A stretch of 64,000 bases of DNA from an uncultured Methanomassiliicoccales archaeon (GCA_964347325.1 CAYFYA010000004.1:2383-66382); one strand, 5' to 3'; positions 50,099 to 59,837 are shown, counted from the stretch's first letter. Numbers and translations: made by a program. The notes: a model not told the origin generated them from the sequence alone.

Positions 50099-51124
50099 AT
50101 GGTATTCAGCCGAGGCAGCGGAGGTTCTCTCGCGCCGAGCTGGGTGGGGCGTCCACGTCCCCTGACCCTGCATTCCGATCGCCAGGGCCTTTACAGCTAC
50201 GATCCCGATGCTCAGAACCTCTTCCCACGGAAGAAGGCGTACTCCTTTTGGTCAGCTGTGAAGTACATCCTCATTCTCTCCCTCATGCTCTGGTGGATCC
50301 CGACCTTCGGCCAGATGATCGCAGGTTACGTCGGCGGCAGAAAGGCAGGCAATCACTGGGTGGCCGCACTGGCGGCCTTCTTCCCGGTAGCCATCATCTG
50401 GACCCTGTCTCTTATCGTTCAGGCCATGGGAGTCCACCCCGAGCTTGCCAACCTCATCGCGCTGCCCGCTTCCTTGGCCTACGCCATCGGGGACGCCATC
50501 CCCATATTCGAGGCCACCATTCGATTCCTCGTGGCCTACGTCACTTCCTTCGCCATGGCCCTGAGAGAGACGGTAAGCATGGGCATGAACGGCTACCTGG
50601 TAACCATCATCTTCGCGTACATAGGTGGCCTCATCGCGGATCAGGCCCTGCGGGAGCGGAAGGTGGAAGCGGAGTCGGAGGAGGCCCAGCTAGCCCTCCC
50701 GCCTGCGATTCCCAGCTATCAGCCCATCCAGTACCTCCCTGTTCGGTCGCGCCTGCCCTTGGTGGCTGGGCCGACAGGCTGGTACACCGCCTACAAGGAT
50801 AGGTACGACCACCTACGTCGCATCCCTGTCTCTCCTTACGGCTACGAGGAGGAACCCTCTGAGGTGTACGAGTACCCGACGAGGAGGCCCGCTCAACGTC
50901 GAGTCGACGAGGTCTACCCGCCCGAGGAAGTTTATAGACGGCCCCACCGAGAACCCTACAGGAGGCCAACCCGAGAGCCGTACCGGAAACCCTACCGGGA
51001 ACCCTACCGAGAGAGGGAGGTCCAAGAGCCGCCCCCACCTGGTCCGAGAACTCTGGGTCGAGAGGAACTCATAAAGCGGCTAGTAGAGAGGGCACTCCGG
51101 GAGTACGACCGGTCCATTCGCTGA
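50099..51124 (+). CDS. Integral membrane protein with a long Pro/Arg/Tyr/Glu-rich repetitive cytoplasmic tail (hypothetical)
   Basis: The ATG at 50099 follows GGAGAGAGGGA. There are four or five TM helices, then a tail containing HREPYRRPTREPYRKPYREPYRERE. Confidence 0.6.
   Translation: MVFSRGSGGSLAPSWVGRPRPLTLHSDRQGLYSYDPDAQNLFPRKKAYSFWSAVKYILILSLMLWWIPTFGQMIAGYVGGRKAGNHWVAALAAFFPVAIIWTLSLIVQAMGVHPELANLIALPASLAYAIGDAIPIFEATIRFLVAYVTSFAMALRETVSMGMNGYLVTIIFAYIGGLIADQALRERKVEAESEEAQLALPPAIPSYQPIQYLPVRSRLPLVAGPTGWYTAYKDRYDHLRRIPVSPYGYEEEPSEVYEYPTRRPAQRRVDEVYPPEEVYRRPHREPYRRPTREPYRKPYREPYREREVQEPPPPGPRTLGREELIKRLVERALREYDRSIR
50945..51019 (+). repeat. In-frame short tandem repeats encoding (R/K)(E)PYR units
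   Basis: cgagaaccctacagg / cgagagccgtaccgg / aaaccctaccgg / gaaccctaccga. Confidence 0.7.
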
Positions 51125-51184
51125 CGCCAGATAATCACCGGCCGAACGAAACATTGATTAGCCACACGCATCTGCTTGAACTGG

Positions 51185-51505
51185 ATGTTCTGCATCAAGT
51201 GCGGCTCCCTCATGTACCCAGAGGAGGGGAATCTGGTTTGCCATCGGGAGGGTTGCGGCTTCATCCGGGGCCTCACTGAGGAGGACAACGCCCTGTCGAG
51301 GATCGCAACGCCCGCCAAGGAGGAGCGCCCAGAACCCCTGATCTTGGAGGAGATCGTGGAGACCCTGCCCAAGACTAGGATCGAGTGCCCCAATTGTGGC
51401 AACTTCGAGGCGATGTGGTACATGAGGCAGACTAGAGCATCGGATGAGCCGGAGACCCGGATCTATCGCTGTGTTAGGTGCAGTCACACGTGGCGGGAAT
51501 ACTAG
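51185..51505 (+). CDS. tfs: Transcription factor S (TFS) / RNA polymerase subunit M-like
   Basis: N-terminal zinc ribbon CIKCGSLM...CHREGC. C-terminal TFIIS-type ribbon CPNCGN...MRQTRASDEPETRIYRCVRCSHTW carries the acidic DE hairpin. Confidence 0.88.
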   Translation: MFCIKCGSLMYPEEGNLVCHREGCGFIRGLTEEDNALSRIATPAKEERPEPLILEEIVETLPKTRIECPNCGNFEAMWYMRQTRASDEPETRIYRCVRCSHTWREY

Positions 51506-51559
51506 CTGGCTCTGAGATACAAGCAGTTGTATTATAATCAGTGAATAAATTATGAATAG

Positions 51560-51568
51560 CTTTATTAT
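51560..51568 (+). promoter_or_regulatory. TATA-like box (CTTTATTAT) upstream of the PCNA gene
   Basis: It lies about 40 nt before the ATG at 51604, with GGGGGAG as a ribosome-binding site in between. It is embedded in an unusually AT-rich 60-nt stretch. Confidence 0.4.
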
Positions 51569-51603
51569 CGGACCATCATTAGGGATTCGACTGGGGGAGC
51601 AGG

Positions 51604-52341
51604 ATGTTCGACTCGAAGATAAGGTCTGAAGTCCTACGGGAGGTCACCGACGTGATCTCCACCTTAGTGGACGAGGTCAAATTTAACATGGCTACGGACT
51701 CCATCACGGTGAGGGCTGTTGACCCCGCCCACGTCGCCATGGTGGACATGACGGTGGAGAAGGGGGCCTTTGAGGAGTACAAGGCGGACCAGGGCGAGCT
51801 GGGCATTGACCTCGACAAGGTCAAGGAAGTACTGCGTCTGGCGAAAGTTGGTGACGTCATCAGCCTTGACCACGATGAGGACAGGAATCGCCTGGTGTGT
51901 CACGTCGGTAACATCACCCGCCAGATGTCCCTGGTGGACACCGCGGGAATGTCGGATCCCAAGGTGCCCAACTTGGACCTCCCGGCGAAGGTCGTCGTCA
52001 GGACCGATGAGCTCCGGCAGGGTATCAAGGCGTCCGAGAGCGTCTCCGATCACATCGCCCTCATCGCTTCGTCCGACGGATTCGAGATGGTGTCGGAAGG
52101 AGATGCGGACACGGTGCGGCTGGACCTGCCCAAAGACCTGTTGGACGAGCTCCAGTGCAAGGAGAAGGTCAGGTCGTTGTTTCCCCTGGACTACTTCTCG
52201 AACATGGTGAAGGCCATCAGCTCGGCCTCCACAGTCACGATCTTCCTTGGCAACGACTACCCCGTGAGGATGGAATTCGAACTCGCTGGGGAGAAGGGAA
52301 AGGCTACCTATCTGCTCGCCCCGAGGATTGAAAGCCAATAG
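51604..52341 (+). CDS. pcn: DNA polymerase sliding clamp (PCNA)
   Basis: 245 aa. LREVTDVISTLVDEVKFNMATDSITVRAVDPAHVAMVDM plus a second-domain repeat and the C-terminal YLLAPRIE. Confidence 0.9.
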   Translation: MFDSKIRSEVLREVTDVISTLVDEVKFNMATDSITVRAVDPAHVAMVDMTVEKGAFEEYKADQGELGIDLDKVKEVLRLAKVGDVISLDHDEDRNRLVCHVGNITRQMSLVDTAGMSDPKVPNLDLPAKVVVRTDELRQGIKASESVSDHIALIASSDGFEMVSEGDADTVRLDLPKDLLDELQCKEKVRSLFPLDYFSNMVKAISSASTVTIFLGNDYPVRMEFELAGEKGKATYLLAPRIESQ

Positions 52342-52424
52342 TCTCCCTATCACCCCACTGGCTTCCCTGAACCCCCCGTTGGGCCCTCGCCACTAGATGG
52401 ACGCCCTCTCGTATCGCCATCAAC

Positions 52425-53408
52425 CTAGACAAATAAGCTGAAAGCTGTAACACTCAGGAACGCGAAGGCAGCGGACGCTGGAATGGTAATTAACCAGGTG
52501 AAGACGATCTCCCGAACCACTCGCCAACGGACGGCGGAGAAGCGACGTGCAGCACCGACGCCAATAATGCTGCCCGAGACCGTTTGCGTCGTGCTGAGGG
52601 GGAACCCCAGTTGGGAGCTGGCTATGACGACCGCGGCTGCGCCAGTCTCCGCGGCAAATCCCTGGTAAGGGCGTAGCTCGGTCACCTTGAAACCCATGGT
52701 ACGCACGATCCGCCACCCACCGAAGAAGGTCCCTGCAGCCAGGAAGGTGACTGCCAGGAACCGGATCTCCAGCGTCACCTCCAGCCGACCGGTGGCCCCC
52801 GCATGCGCAAAGATCAGGGCGGCCATCAGCCCGGCGCTCTTCATCGCATCGTTGGCACCGTGAGAAACGGAGAAGAAGAAGGATGACCCAATCTGGGCAC
52901 GACCGAATACCCGATTCACACGAGCGGCCGCCATGCGCTTTGCGATATGGAGGACCACGATTACCAGCCCGCCGCCAACGATGAACGCGATCAAGGGAGC
53001 GGAGGCCATGGGGATGAGCACCTTTTGGAGTGTTGAACCCACTCGGACGGCTTCGAAACCCGCCACAGCGATGCCCCCACCGATGAGGGCACCCACGAGG
53101 ACCTGCGTCTCCGAGATAGGGATTCCCCTGATGTATGTGTAGACGTCGAAGGCCAGGGCGCCCACGATGATGGCCACAACGAAAGGTGCAGTAACGATTT
53201 CCGGGGGGACAATGCCCTCTCCCAGGGTCCTGGCCACTGCTTCACCGAATAACACGCCAACGAAGTTCCCAGCGGTGGCCAACGCCACGGCGGCGAGAGG
53301 TTTGAGTACGCGGGATCCGACCACGGTGGATATGGCGTTCGCTGCGTCCGTGAACCCGCTCCAGAAGGTCCAGACAATGAGGAGTCCAAAGGCGGCGACG
53401 AACCACAA
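52425..53408 (-). CDS. Inorganic phosphate transporter, PiT family
   Basis: Signature GFTDAANAIST near the N-terminus and SHGANDAMK in the second half. About 10 TM segments. Confidence 0.88.
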   Translation of the reverse strand: MWFVAAFGLLIVWTFWSGFTDAANAISTVVGSRVLKPLAAVALATAGNFVGVLFGEAVARTLGEGIVPPEIVTAPFVVAIIVGALAFDVYTYIRGIPISETQVLVGALIGGGIAVAGFEAVRVGSTLQKVLIPMASAPLIAFIVGGGLVIVVLHIAKRMAAARVNRVFGRAQIGSSFFFSVSHGANDAMKSAGLMAALIFAHAGATGRLEVTLEIRFLAVTFLAAGTFFGGWRIVRTMGFKVTELRPYQGFAAETGAAAVVIASSQLGFPLSTTQTVSGSIIGVGAARRFSAVRWRVVREIVFTWLITIPASAAFAFLSVTAFSLFV

Positions 53409-53435
53409 ATCGAGGGCCGTAAGGAACCTCCCGTC

Positions 53436-54065
53436 TCAGCGATACTTGATGGCGATGTCACTGAGGTGGTCCGCCACGTCTTCGCAGTAGTCCGTGGCCA
53501 GCTCCATCTTCTCGTAGATGTCCTTGAGCTTGATGACAGTCAAAGCGTCGTTGCCGTTGAAGAGGTCTGCCACGGCCTCGTTAAGGACATCGTCGGCCAG
53601 GTTTTCAAGCCGGTTTATCTCCATAGACAGCGTCTCCACCTTGGACCAGTTCTTCCGGTCCCGTATGAGGCCGATGGCGATGTTGATGTGATCGCAGGCT
53701 TCCTGGATGATTCTGGAGAGCTCCACCATGGGAGGCGTCGTTGCTTTCACCTTGTACAGGTCCAACCGAACGGCCGCAGCGTAGATCATGTCCACCACAT
53801 TGTCCATGTTCGAGGCCAGGGCCGAGATGTCCTCGCGATCGATGGGCGTGATGAAGGTGCGATTGAGGGCCACGAAGATTTCGTGGACAGCCGCGTCCCC
53901 CTCATGCTCGATATCCTTTAGGGCTCTTCTCTTCCACTCAACGTCCCTAAAGTCGTGGACGAGATCATTGAGAGCTTCTGCCCCCTTGGCCAGCACCTTC
54001 CCGACCTCTGCAAGCAGCTCATAGAACCGTTTCTCCTGTGGGACAATCCACTCCTTCAGGCCCAT
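53436..54065 (-). CDS. DUF47 (PhoU-like, TIGR00153-type) protein paired with the PiT transporter
   Basis: 209-aa helical protein with HEGDAAVHEI and ENLADDVLNE motifs. It lies immediately upstream of PiT. Confidence 0.8.
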   Translation of the reverse strand: MGLKEWIVPQEKRFYELLAEVGKVLAKGAEALNDLVHDFRDVEWKRRALKDIEHEGDAAVHEIFVALNRTFITPIDREDISALASNMDNVVDMIYAAAVRLDLYKVKATTPPMVELSRIIQEACDHINIAIGLIRDRKNWSKVETLSMEINRLENLADDVLNEAVADLFNGNDALTVIKLKDIYEKMELATDYCEDVADHLSDIAIKYR

Positions 54066-54099
54066 GTCTATCGGTGCAGCGAGTAGAACTCCGTAATAT

Positions 54100-54180
54100 A
54101 ATGACTACTCAGGCGGAGGCATTGCTATATAGTATAAATAGATAGAGCTAGTCACGCTCAGACCACGGCAAATAATATGG
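54100..54180. promoter_or_regulatory. AT-rich divergent promoter region between the DUF47-PiT operon and the phoU-like gene
   Basis: GTAATATAATGA and CTATATAGTATAAATAGATAG elements sit in otherwise GC-rich DNA. Confidence 0.4.
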
Positions 54181-54195
54181 AGACGTGATAGATCT

Positions 54196-55197
54196 ATGGA
54201 AACTCGGAAGATCCAGATGACTGGGGGTGCGACGTACACGGTGTCTCTCCCGAAGCCTTGGGCGAAGGAAATGAAGCTCCAGCCAGGAGATACGGTCTTC
54301 TTCGAACACCTAGGGGACGCCCTGGTGCTCCGAGTGGGGAGGGGAGAGCGGCCGGCGCCCCGCAGTAAGGTCCTTCCTGTAGACCGAGGCGAGGCGAGAG
54401 AACACATGCTTCGCAAACTCATCGGAGCCTACGTGACGGGCTGCCAGCTTATCGAGCTTAGATTCCCAGCTGAGAAGGCTGCAATGGCGCGAAAGGTTGC
54501 CCGCGAGTTCACTCGCATGGTCATCGGGGCTGAGGTGGTGGAGGAGACGGGAGGACGGGTGCTGATTCAGGACCTGGCGAACCCTATGGAACTCTCGCCC
54601 GATAAGTGCCTACGGCGCATGTACATGACCGTCCGCTCCATGGCCGAAGACTCCGTCAGGTCCCTGGGATCGGGAGACACCCGACAGGCGCTTGACGTCC
54701 CACCAAGGGATCAAGACATCGATCGTCTATACTGGATGGTGGCGAAACAGTATCACTTGGCGGTCACAGATCCGAGCTACATGGTGGCCTACGCCCTCCG
54801 GGAAAAGCTCCACTACTTCAGTGCTGTGGCCAAGCTTTTGGAGCGCATCGGAGACCACACAGAGAAGATTGCCCTGGCCGTCCTCCAACTGGAGGGGCAG
54901 ACACCGGAGGCCTCCTTCCAGGCGGAAGTGGAGGAAGCAGTCCGCCTCGCGCTGGGCATCTTGGAGGGGGCTTTCGCGGCTCTTATGTCCGACGACCTGG
55001 ATCTGGCGAACGAAGCCCTCGACGAGTCGAAGGCTCTGGGCAAGCTCGTTGAAGGGCTGTCCAAGAGGGTCAGGGACGCGGAAGCAGACCAACTCCTCCC
55101 CCTGGCTACGGTCGTCGACAGTATCGGTCGAATCGGCGGCTACTCCTCCGACATCGCGGAGGTTGCTATCAATGGAGTCATTGGACGAGAGGAGTGA
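54196..55197 (+). CDS. Phosphate uptake regulator: AbrB/SpoVT-type DNA-binding domain fused to tandem PhoU domains
   Basis: N-terminus RKIQMTGGATYTVSLPKPWAKEMKLQPGDTVFFE. Two PhoU-like repeats carry the LERIGDHTEKIA and VDSIGRIGGYSSDIAE motifs. Confidence 0.82.
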   Translation: METRKIQMTGGATYTVSLPKPWAKEMKLQPGDTVFFEHLGDALVLRVGRGERPAPRSKVLPVDRGEAREHMLRKLIGAYVTGCQLIELRFPAEKAAMARKVAREFTRMVIGAEVVEETGGRVLIQDLANPMELSPDKCLRRMYMTVRSMAEDSVRSLGSGDTRQALDVPPRDQDIDRLYWMVAKQYHLAVTDPSYMVAYALREKLHYFSAVAKLLERIGDHTEKIALAVLQLEGQTPEASFQAEVEEAVRLALGILEGAFAALMSDDLDLANEALDESKALGKLVEGLSKRVRDAEADQLLPLATVVDSIGRIGGYSSDIAEVAINGVIGREE

Positions 55198-55203
55198 CGA
55201 CGC

Positions 55204-56550
55204 TCAGCCCAGGTCGCCCAGGTCGAAGCCGCCCGCCTTCATCTGCTTCAGGAGCTGGCGACGCATCTTCCGGTTTCCCGCCAGACCGCGGATAGCCTTC
55301 CGAGAGGCGTTGTAGTACTTCAGAAGCTCCTTCACGCGCTTCGGATCGGTTCCGCTCCCCCTGGCAATCCGCAGGATCCTAGACGACTTGATGACCTTGG
55401 GGTCCTCCTTCTCCTCCTCCGTCATGGAGTCCATGATGAATCTGAAGGATCGTAGCTTCCGTTGAGTATCCTCCAGCTGCTCCTCCGACAGGGTGCCGGA
55501 CATCCCGGGGAGCATGCTGAAGAGCTTGGAAAGGGGTCCCATCTTTGTCAGGGCCTCCATCTGGTCGTACATCTCCCGAAGGGTGAAGCGGCCCGAGAGT
55601 ATCTTCTTGGCTGTCTCCTCCATCTGCTCCTGGTCCAGCGCTTCCTGGGCCCTCTCCAGCAAGGACTGGAGATCGCCCATGCCCAGAAGCCGGGATATGA
55701 AGCGTGGGGGGTCGAACTTCTCCAGCTCATCGATCTTCTCCCCCACGCCTATGAAAATGATGGGAGCATCGGTCTCCGCCACGGCGCTCAGGGCCCCTCC
55801 ACCTTTGGCCGTGCCGTCTAGCTTCGTCAGGATGACTGCAGTGACCCCCACCGCTTCGTGAAAGGCCTTGGCCTGCGGGCCAGCCTGCTGACCCGTGGAG
55901 GCGTCAAGCACGAGAATGGTCTCATCCGGTCTGACTGTCTTGGAAAGGGCTTTGATCTCCTCGATGAGGTCCTTCTCCAGGGAGTGGCGACCACTGGAGT
56001 CGACGATTACGATGTCCTGATCTCCCAGCTGTCGCAGACCTTCCTTAGCGACCTTGATGGCATTCTTCTGTTTGGAATCCCCGTAGAAGGGGGCCTCCAG
56101 CTGCTGGGCCAGTTGCCAGAGTTGATCGTAGGCCGCCGGCCTGTGGGTGTCCGCCTGCAGTAGGCCAACCTTGAGGCCTTTCCTCTGGAGCCACTTGCCG
56201 AGCTTCGCCACCGTGGTGGTCTTCCCCTGCCCGTAGAGGCCGACCATGAGGACCCTCTGCTTGCCAAGCTTGAGCTCCCTCGTCTTGCCGAGGATTGCCA
56301 CCAGCTCCTCGTAGACGATGCGTATTACGTGTTCCCTCCCGCTCATCCCAGCGGGAGGCTTCTCCGCCAGGGCCCTCTCCTCGACGCGCCGGCTGAGCCC
56401 GAGGGCCATCTCCACCTCAACATCGGCCTGCAGGAGGGCCCTTTGGAGATCCCGAACTACCTCCTTCACCAGCCTCTCGTCAACGTGAGACGCCCTCGCT
56501 ATCTTCCTGAGGATTGCGCGGAGGGATCCGCCCAGCTTCTCCAGAACCAT
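55204..56550 (-). CDS. srp54: Signal recognition particle protein Srp54
   Basis: N domain MVLEKLGGSL, G domain GLYGQGKTTTVAKL...DSSGR...TKLDG, and a Met-rich M domain. Confidence 0.92.
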   Translation of the reverse strand: MVLEKLGGSLRAILRKIARASHVDERLVKEVVRDLQRALLQADVEVEMALGLSRRVEERALAEKPPAGMSGREHVIRIVYEELVAILGKTRELKLGKQRVLMVGLYGQGKTTTVAKLGKWLQRKGLKVGLLQADTHRPAAYDQLWQLAQQLEAPFYGDSKQKNAIKVAKEGLRQLGDQDIVIVDSSGRHSLEKDLIEEIKALSKTVRPDETILVLDASTGQQAGPQAKAFHEAVGVTAVILTKLDGTAKGGGALSAVAETDAPIIFIGVGEKIDELEKFDPPRFISRLLGMGDLQSLLERAQEALDQEQMEETAKKILSGRFTLREMYDQMEALTKMGPLSKLFSMLPGMSGTLSEEQLEDTQRKLRSFRFIMDSMTEEEKEDPKVIKSSRILRIARGSGTDPKRVKELLKYYNASRKAIRGLAGNRKMRRQLLKQMKAGGFDLGDLG

Positions 56551-56573
56551 TCAGACCACCATGCCGGCCCGTG

Positions 56574-56583
56574 CTATATTAAG
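56574..56583 (-). promoter_or_regulatory. TATA-like box (CTTAATATAG on minus strand) about 28 nt upstream of the srp54 ATG
   Basis: The spacing suggests a leaderless mRNA. Confidence 0.4.
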
Positions 56584-56749
56584 ATGACTGGCCAGGCAGT
56601 GCCCTCGTGTCGTAAGAAGAAAACAGGGAGAGGGCCAGCTTTGTCAGAAGGGATGGGATGCACTCTAACGCACTAGCCCAGTCTCCCCCACGAGATTATG
56701 CTTCATTTTCTATATAAGCGTTTTCATGTATAATACAGTCTGGCAGCAA

Positions 56750-57619
56750 TCAGAGGTAGCCTGACTTCTGCAGGATCATGAGGTCCTCGGTGCTGAGTTT
56801 TTCGCCCTTCTTGAACCTCTCGTAGATCTCCTTCGCCTCTCTTTTGGCACTGACTTCCTCCTTCCTGAAGCGTGCCTGGACTGCCTTGGCGCGGATTCCG
56901 TGGATGATCTTGTCGTAGTCGTGAACCTGGCGGATGAAGTCGATGTGCTTCTGGTGCTCCTCATCGGCCACCATCTTGGTCTTGATGAATTCCTCCTGGG
57001 CCTTGTCAGCCTCTCGGCGACGTTCATCCCCCTCCTCGTAGAGGGAGACCATGGCATCGTGGTGTACCTGGGCCTCCTCAGCCTTCTGGCCAACTTCGGC
57101 GTGAAAGGCTTCCGCCTTCTCCTTCGCCTCGTCGATCTTCTGTTGCTGGGCGACGACGTCAGAGTCCCCCTGAAGCTCCTTCTCCCGTTTCTCTATCCCC
57201 TCCTGGAGCTGCGTGATCTGCTCGACGAGATCCCTCTCCTTGTCCACGGCCAGGACGGAGGTCTGTTGACGGAACTCCAGCCCCCTCAGGTCTCTCTTTA
57301 GCTTGTCCAGGGGAACTCCACCTCTGGGGACCTTCCTCCTCTTTATCCTGTTCATCTCGTCGAGGAGTTCGGCCACCCTCCTGTTCCACTTGTCTCGCTG
57401 CGCTTTGGCAGCCTTGACCTCCTCGTTGAGCCTGTCCCGCTCCGTTTTGTGCTCGGACGCCTTCCCCAGAAGTTCCCTCACGGCAGCGTTGAGGCTGTCC
57501 CTCTTCTGTATCCACTCCTTGGTCTTGTCGTTGAGCTCGTCTCGCCGACGGCGGTGGTTTTCCGCCTGGGAGTTGGCCTTCTCCCTCTTTTCATCGAGCT
57601 CTTGTAGCAATTCAGGCAT
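56750..57619 (-). CDS. Archaeal coiled-coil protein (hypothetical)
   Basis: About 290 aa of E/K/R-rich heptad-like sequence. The start at MPELLQELDEKREK (57619) is preferred over the track start at 57685. Confidence 0.6.
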   Translation of the reverse strand: MPELLQELDEKREKANSQAENHRRRRDELNDKTKEWIQKRDSLNAAVRELLGKASEHKTERDRLNEEVKAAKAQRDKWNRRVAELLDEMNRIKRRKVPRGGVPLDKLKRDLRGLEFRQQTSVLAVDKERDLVEQITQLQEGIEKREKELQGDSDVVAQQQKIDEAKEKAEAFHAEVGQKAEEAQVHHDAMVSLYEEGDERRREADKAQEEFIKTKMVADEEHQKHIDFIRQVHDYDKIIHGIRAKAVQARFRKEEVSAKREAKEIYERFKKGEKLSTEDLMILQKSGYL

Positions 57620-57714
57620 GGGACTGGCTCGGGACACAACCCTGCCGGTGGTTAATATAATTTGTCCGCCACGGATACTTGCCAAGTGAGCTGGCGAGTC
57701 CGGTATCCGTGAGC

Positions 57715-58995
57715 CTAGCTGACGAGGGAGTAGAGCTTGTACGCCTTTTCACCTTCGTGGAAGCAGTAATGGATGGTGTTGAAGGCCTGGCGGAGGTCCA
57801 CCACATCCCTCGCCACTTTCTTCGGGTTCTCCTTCTTAACTGCGACTCTAACGATGAGGTCCGCCACCTCTTCCATCTGAGCCTCGTGCATCCCCAGGCG
57901 GGTTAGTTCCTGCGTCCCCAGCCGGATGCCGCTGGGCGAAATGGGACTGGTGTCACCGGGAAGGAGATTCTTGTTTGTAATTATGTCAGCGCTCTCCAGG
58001 TCCAAGGCGACGGGGGCCCCACCACCCTCCTGGGACACGTCCACTGCCAGGGTGTGTGACTCTGTGAACCCGAGGTGCTCCCCCAGGACCCTCATCCCGC
58101 GTTCGTGGAGGGCTTGGCCCAGCGCCTTCGCGTTCCTGACGACTTGATCGGCGTACTCGTGGCCGAAGGCTTCGAACTCGGCCAGGCATATCCCCAAAGC
58201 GGCCATGGAGTGGAGGTGGTGGTTGCTCACGACCCCCGGGAAGACGGCCCTGAGGAGCTTCCTCTCCATCTTCTCGTCCACGGGGTTGGCAAGCAGCACG
58301 CCATGCTGGGGTCCTGGCAACGTCTTGTGGGTGCTACCAGAGATGACGTGGGCACCCTCGCGGAGGGGGTCCTGGAACTTGCCCCCCGCTATGAGGCCGA
58401 GGACGTGGGCGGCGTCGTACCATACAGCGCAGCCCGCCTCCTCGAAGGCATCCTGGAGATCCCGGAGGGGGGTGGGGAACAGGAATACTGACTGCCCGAA
58501 GAGGGCTACCTTAGGCTTGACCTTTCTGATGAGCCTCGCCGTCCCGTCAACGTCGATCGTCATCGTCTCCTCGTCCCATGGGTATGTCACCGCGTCCACG
58601 CCGCGGACCCCGACGGCACCGAATTTTGCGGTACTGATGTGGGCCCCGTCTGCCAGTGCGACGGTGGTGATGGTGTCTCCGGGCTTCGTGAGAGCGAAGA
58701 GGACGGCTAGGTTCGCCACAGTGCCCGAAATTGGGCGCGGGTCAGCGTGTTCACATTCGAAGATCCTCTTGAGCATCTCCGTGATGCGTATCTCTACCTC
58801 GTCGGTGTGGATGTTCCCCTGGTAGTAGCGTTCCCCAGGCAACCCTTCTGCATAGCGGTGTCCGAAGTCGGACAGATACATCTCGAGGGCCAGGGGGCTC
58901 ATGAGGTTCTCCGAGGCTATGAGACAGAGAGACTTCTGAAACCAAGCGTGGTGCTGCTCCACCTGATGGGTGATGAAAGTAGCATCCTCGTTCAT
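57715..58995 (-). CDS. glyA: Serine hydroxymethyltransferase
   Basis: LIASENLMSP, GLPGERYYQG and the PLP-lysine region GSTHKTLPGPQ. Confidence 0.92.
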   Translation of the reverse strand: MNEDATFITHQVEQHHAWFQKSLCLIASENLMSPLALEMYLSDFGHRYAEGLPGERYYQGNIHTDEVEIRITEMLKRIFECEHADPRPISGTVANLAVLFALTKPGDTITTVALADGAHISTAKFGAVGVRGVDAVTYPWDEETMTIDVDGTARLIRKVKPKVALFGQSVFLFPTPLRDLQDAFEEAGCAVWYDAAHVLGLIAGGKFQDPLREGAHVISGSTHKTLPGPQHGVLLANPVDEKMERKLLRAVFPGVVSNHHLHSMAALGICLAEFEAFGHEYADQVVRNAKALGQALHERGMRVLGEHLGFTESHTLAVDVSQEGGGAPVALDLESADIITNKNLLPGDTSPISPSGIRLGTQELTRLGMHEAQMEEVADLIVRVAVKKENPKKVARDVVDLRQAFNTIHYCFHEGEKAYKLYSLVS

Positions 58996-59091
58996 TCGAC
59001 CACGACGTTGGTATGAGGCTACCGATTAAAAACCCTCGAGGAAACGGGCGGCCGAAGCCGGTAGCGAAGCCTTTAGCGCCGCCTTGGTCTA

Positions 59092-59784
59092 ATGGACGCG
59101 TCTATGGATGAACTTCTCGCCCTTAGGGAACGAATCGTCACCTGTCGAAGATGTCCTCGGCTGGTAGAGTATCGGGAGAGAGTATCGCGGGAGAAGAGGA
59201 GGGCGTTTCAGGATTGGACCTACTGGGGAAGGCCCGTTCCTGGCTTCGGAGACTCTGAGGCCCGACTGGTCGTCATCGGGCTAGCGCCTGCAGCCCATGG
59301 CGGCAACAGGACGGGCAGGGTCTTCACCGGTGATCCGAGCGCAGCATTCCTGATGAACGCCTTGTACAGGGCAGGACTAGCAAGCCAACCGACATCCGAG
59401 GCCGCTGACGACGGTCTTCAGATCTTCGGAACCTACATTACGGCGGCCGTGAGATGTGCTCCACCCGGGAATAGACCCTCTGCAGAGGAGATACACAGTT
59501 GTTCGCCCTACCTCTCTGAGGAGCTGGAGGTCCTCAGGCCAAAGGTCCTGCTCGTCTTGGGCCGCCTGGCCTTCGACGCCGCGATGAGGTATCTCTCCGA
59601 GCGACATGGGGTTGCGAGAAGGGAAGTCGATTTCCGTCACGCCGCAGCATATGACTTCGGTCTTGGAGTTCCGGCTCTGCACGTCTCCTATCATCCCAGC
59701 CCCCGGAATACGAACACTGGACTGATGACTCGCGAATCCTTCCAGTCGGTCGTCGACGGAGTCGCGGCCCGGCTCAGGGACTGA
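59092..59784 (+). CDS. Uracil-DNA glycosylase, Fe-S family 4/5 type
   Basis: CRRCPRL Fe-S ligands, GLAPAAHGGNRTGRVFTGD (the GLAPA form suggests family 5/UdgB), and HPSPRN. Confidence 0.82.
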   Translation: MDASMDELLALRERIVTCRRCPRLVEYRERVSREKRRAFQDWTYWGRPVPGFGDSEARLVVIGLAPAAHGGNRTGRVFTGDPSAAFLMNALYRAGLASQPTSEAADDGLQIFGTYITAAVRCAPPGNRPSAEEIHSCSPYLSEELEVLRPKVLLVLGRLAFDAAMRYLSERHGVARREVDFRHAAAYDFGLGVPALHVSYHPSPRNTNTGLMTRESFQSVVDGVAARLRD

Positions 59785-59837
59785 GGAGAGCACGGATACG
59801 CGCAGATTCGGCCAACATCTTTAACCCTAGGTCCATC

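Noticed and set aside
51510-51600. Unusually AT-rich 60-nt stretch upstream of PCNA as a possible replication origin
   Set aside because: It is too short. I saw no repeated ORB-like elements and there is no adjacent orc1/cdc6 gene. A promoter (TATA box plus leader) for the PCNA gene explains it adequately.
56584-56749. Roughly 170-nt non-coding gap between the coiled-coil gene and the srp54 promoter as a possible structured ncRNA (e.g. SRP RNA)
   Set aside because: I could find only a weak 6-bp stem (GCCCTC/GAGGGC) and AT-rich termination or promoter-like sequence. There were no extended helices or conserved SRP RNA motifs.
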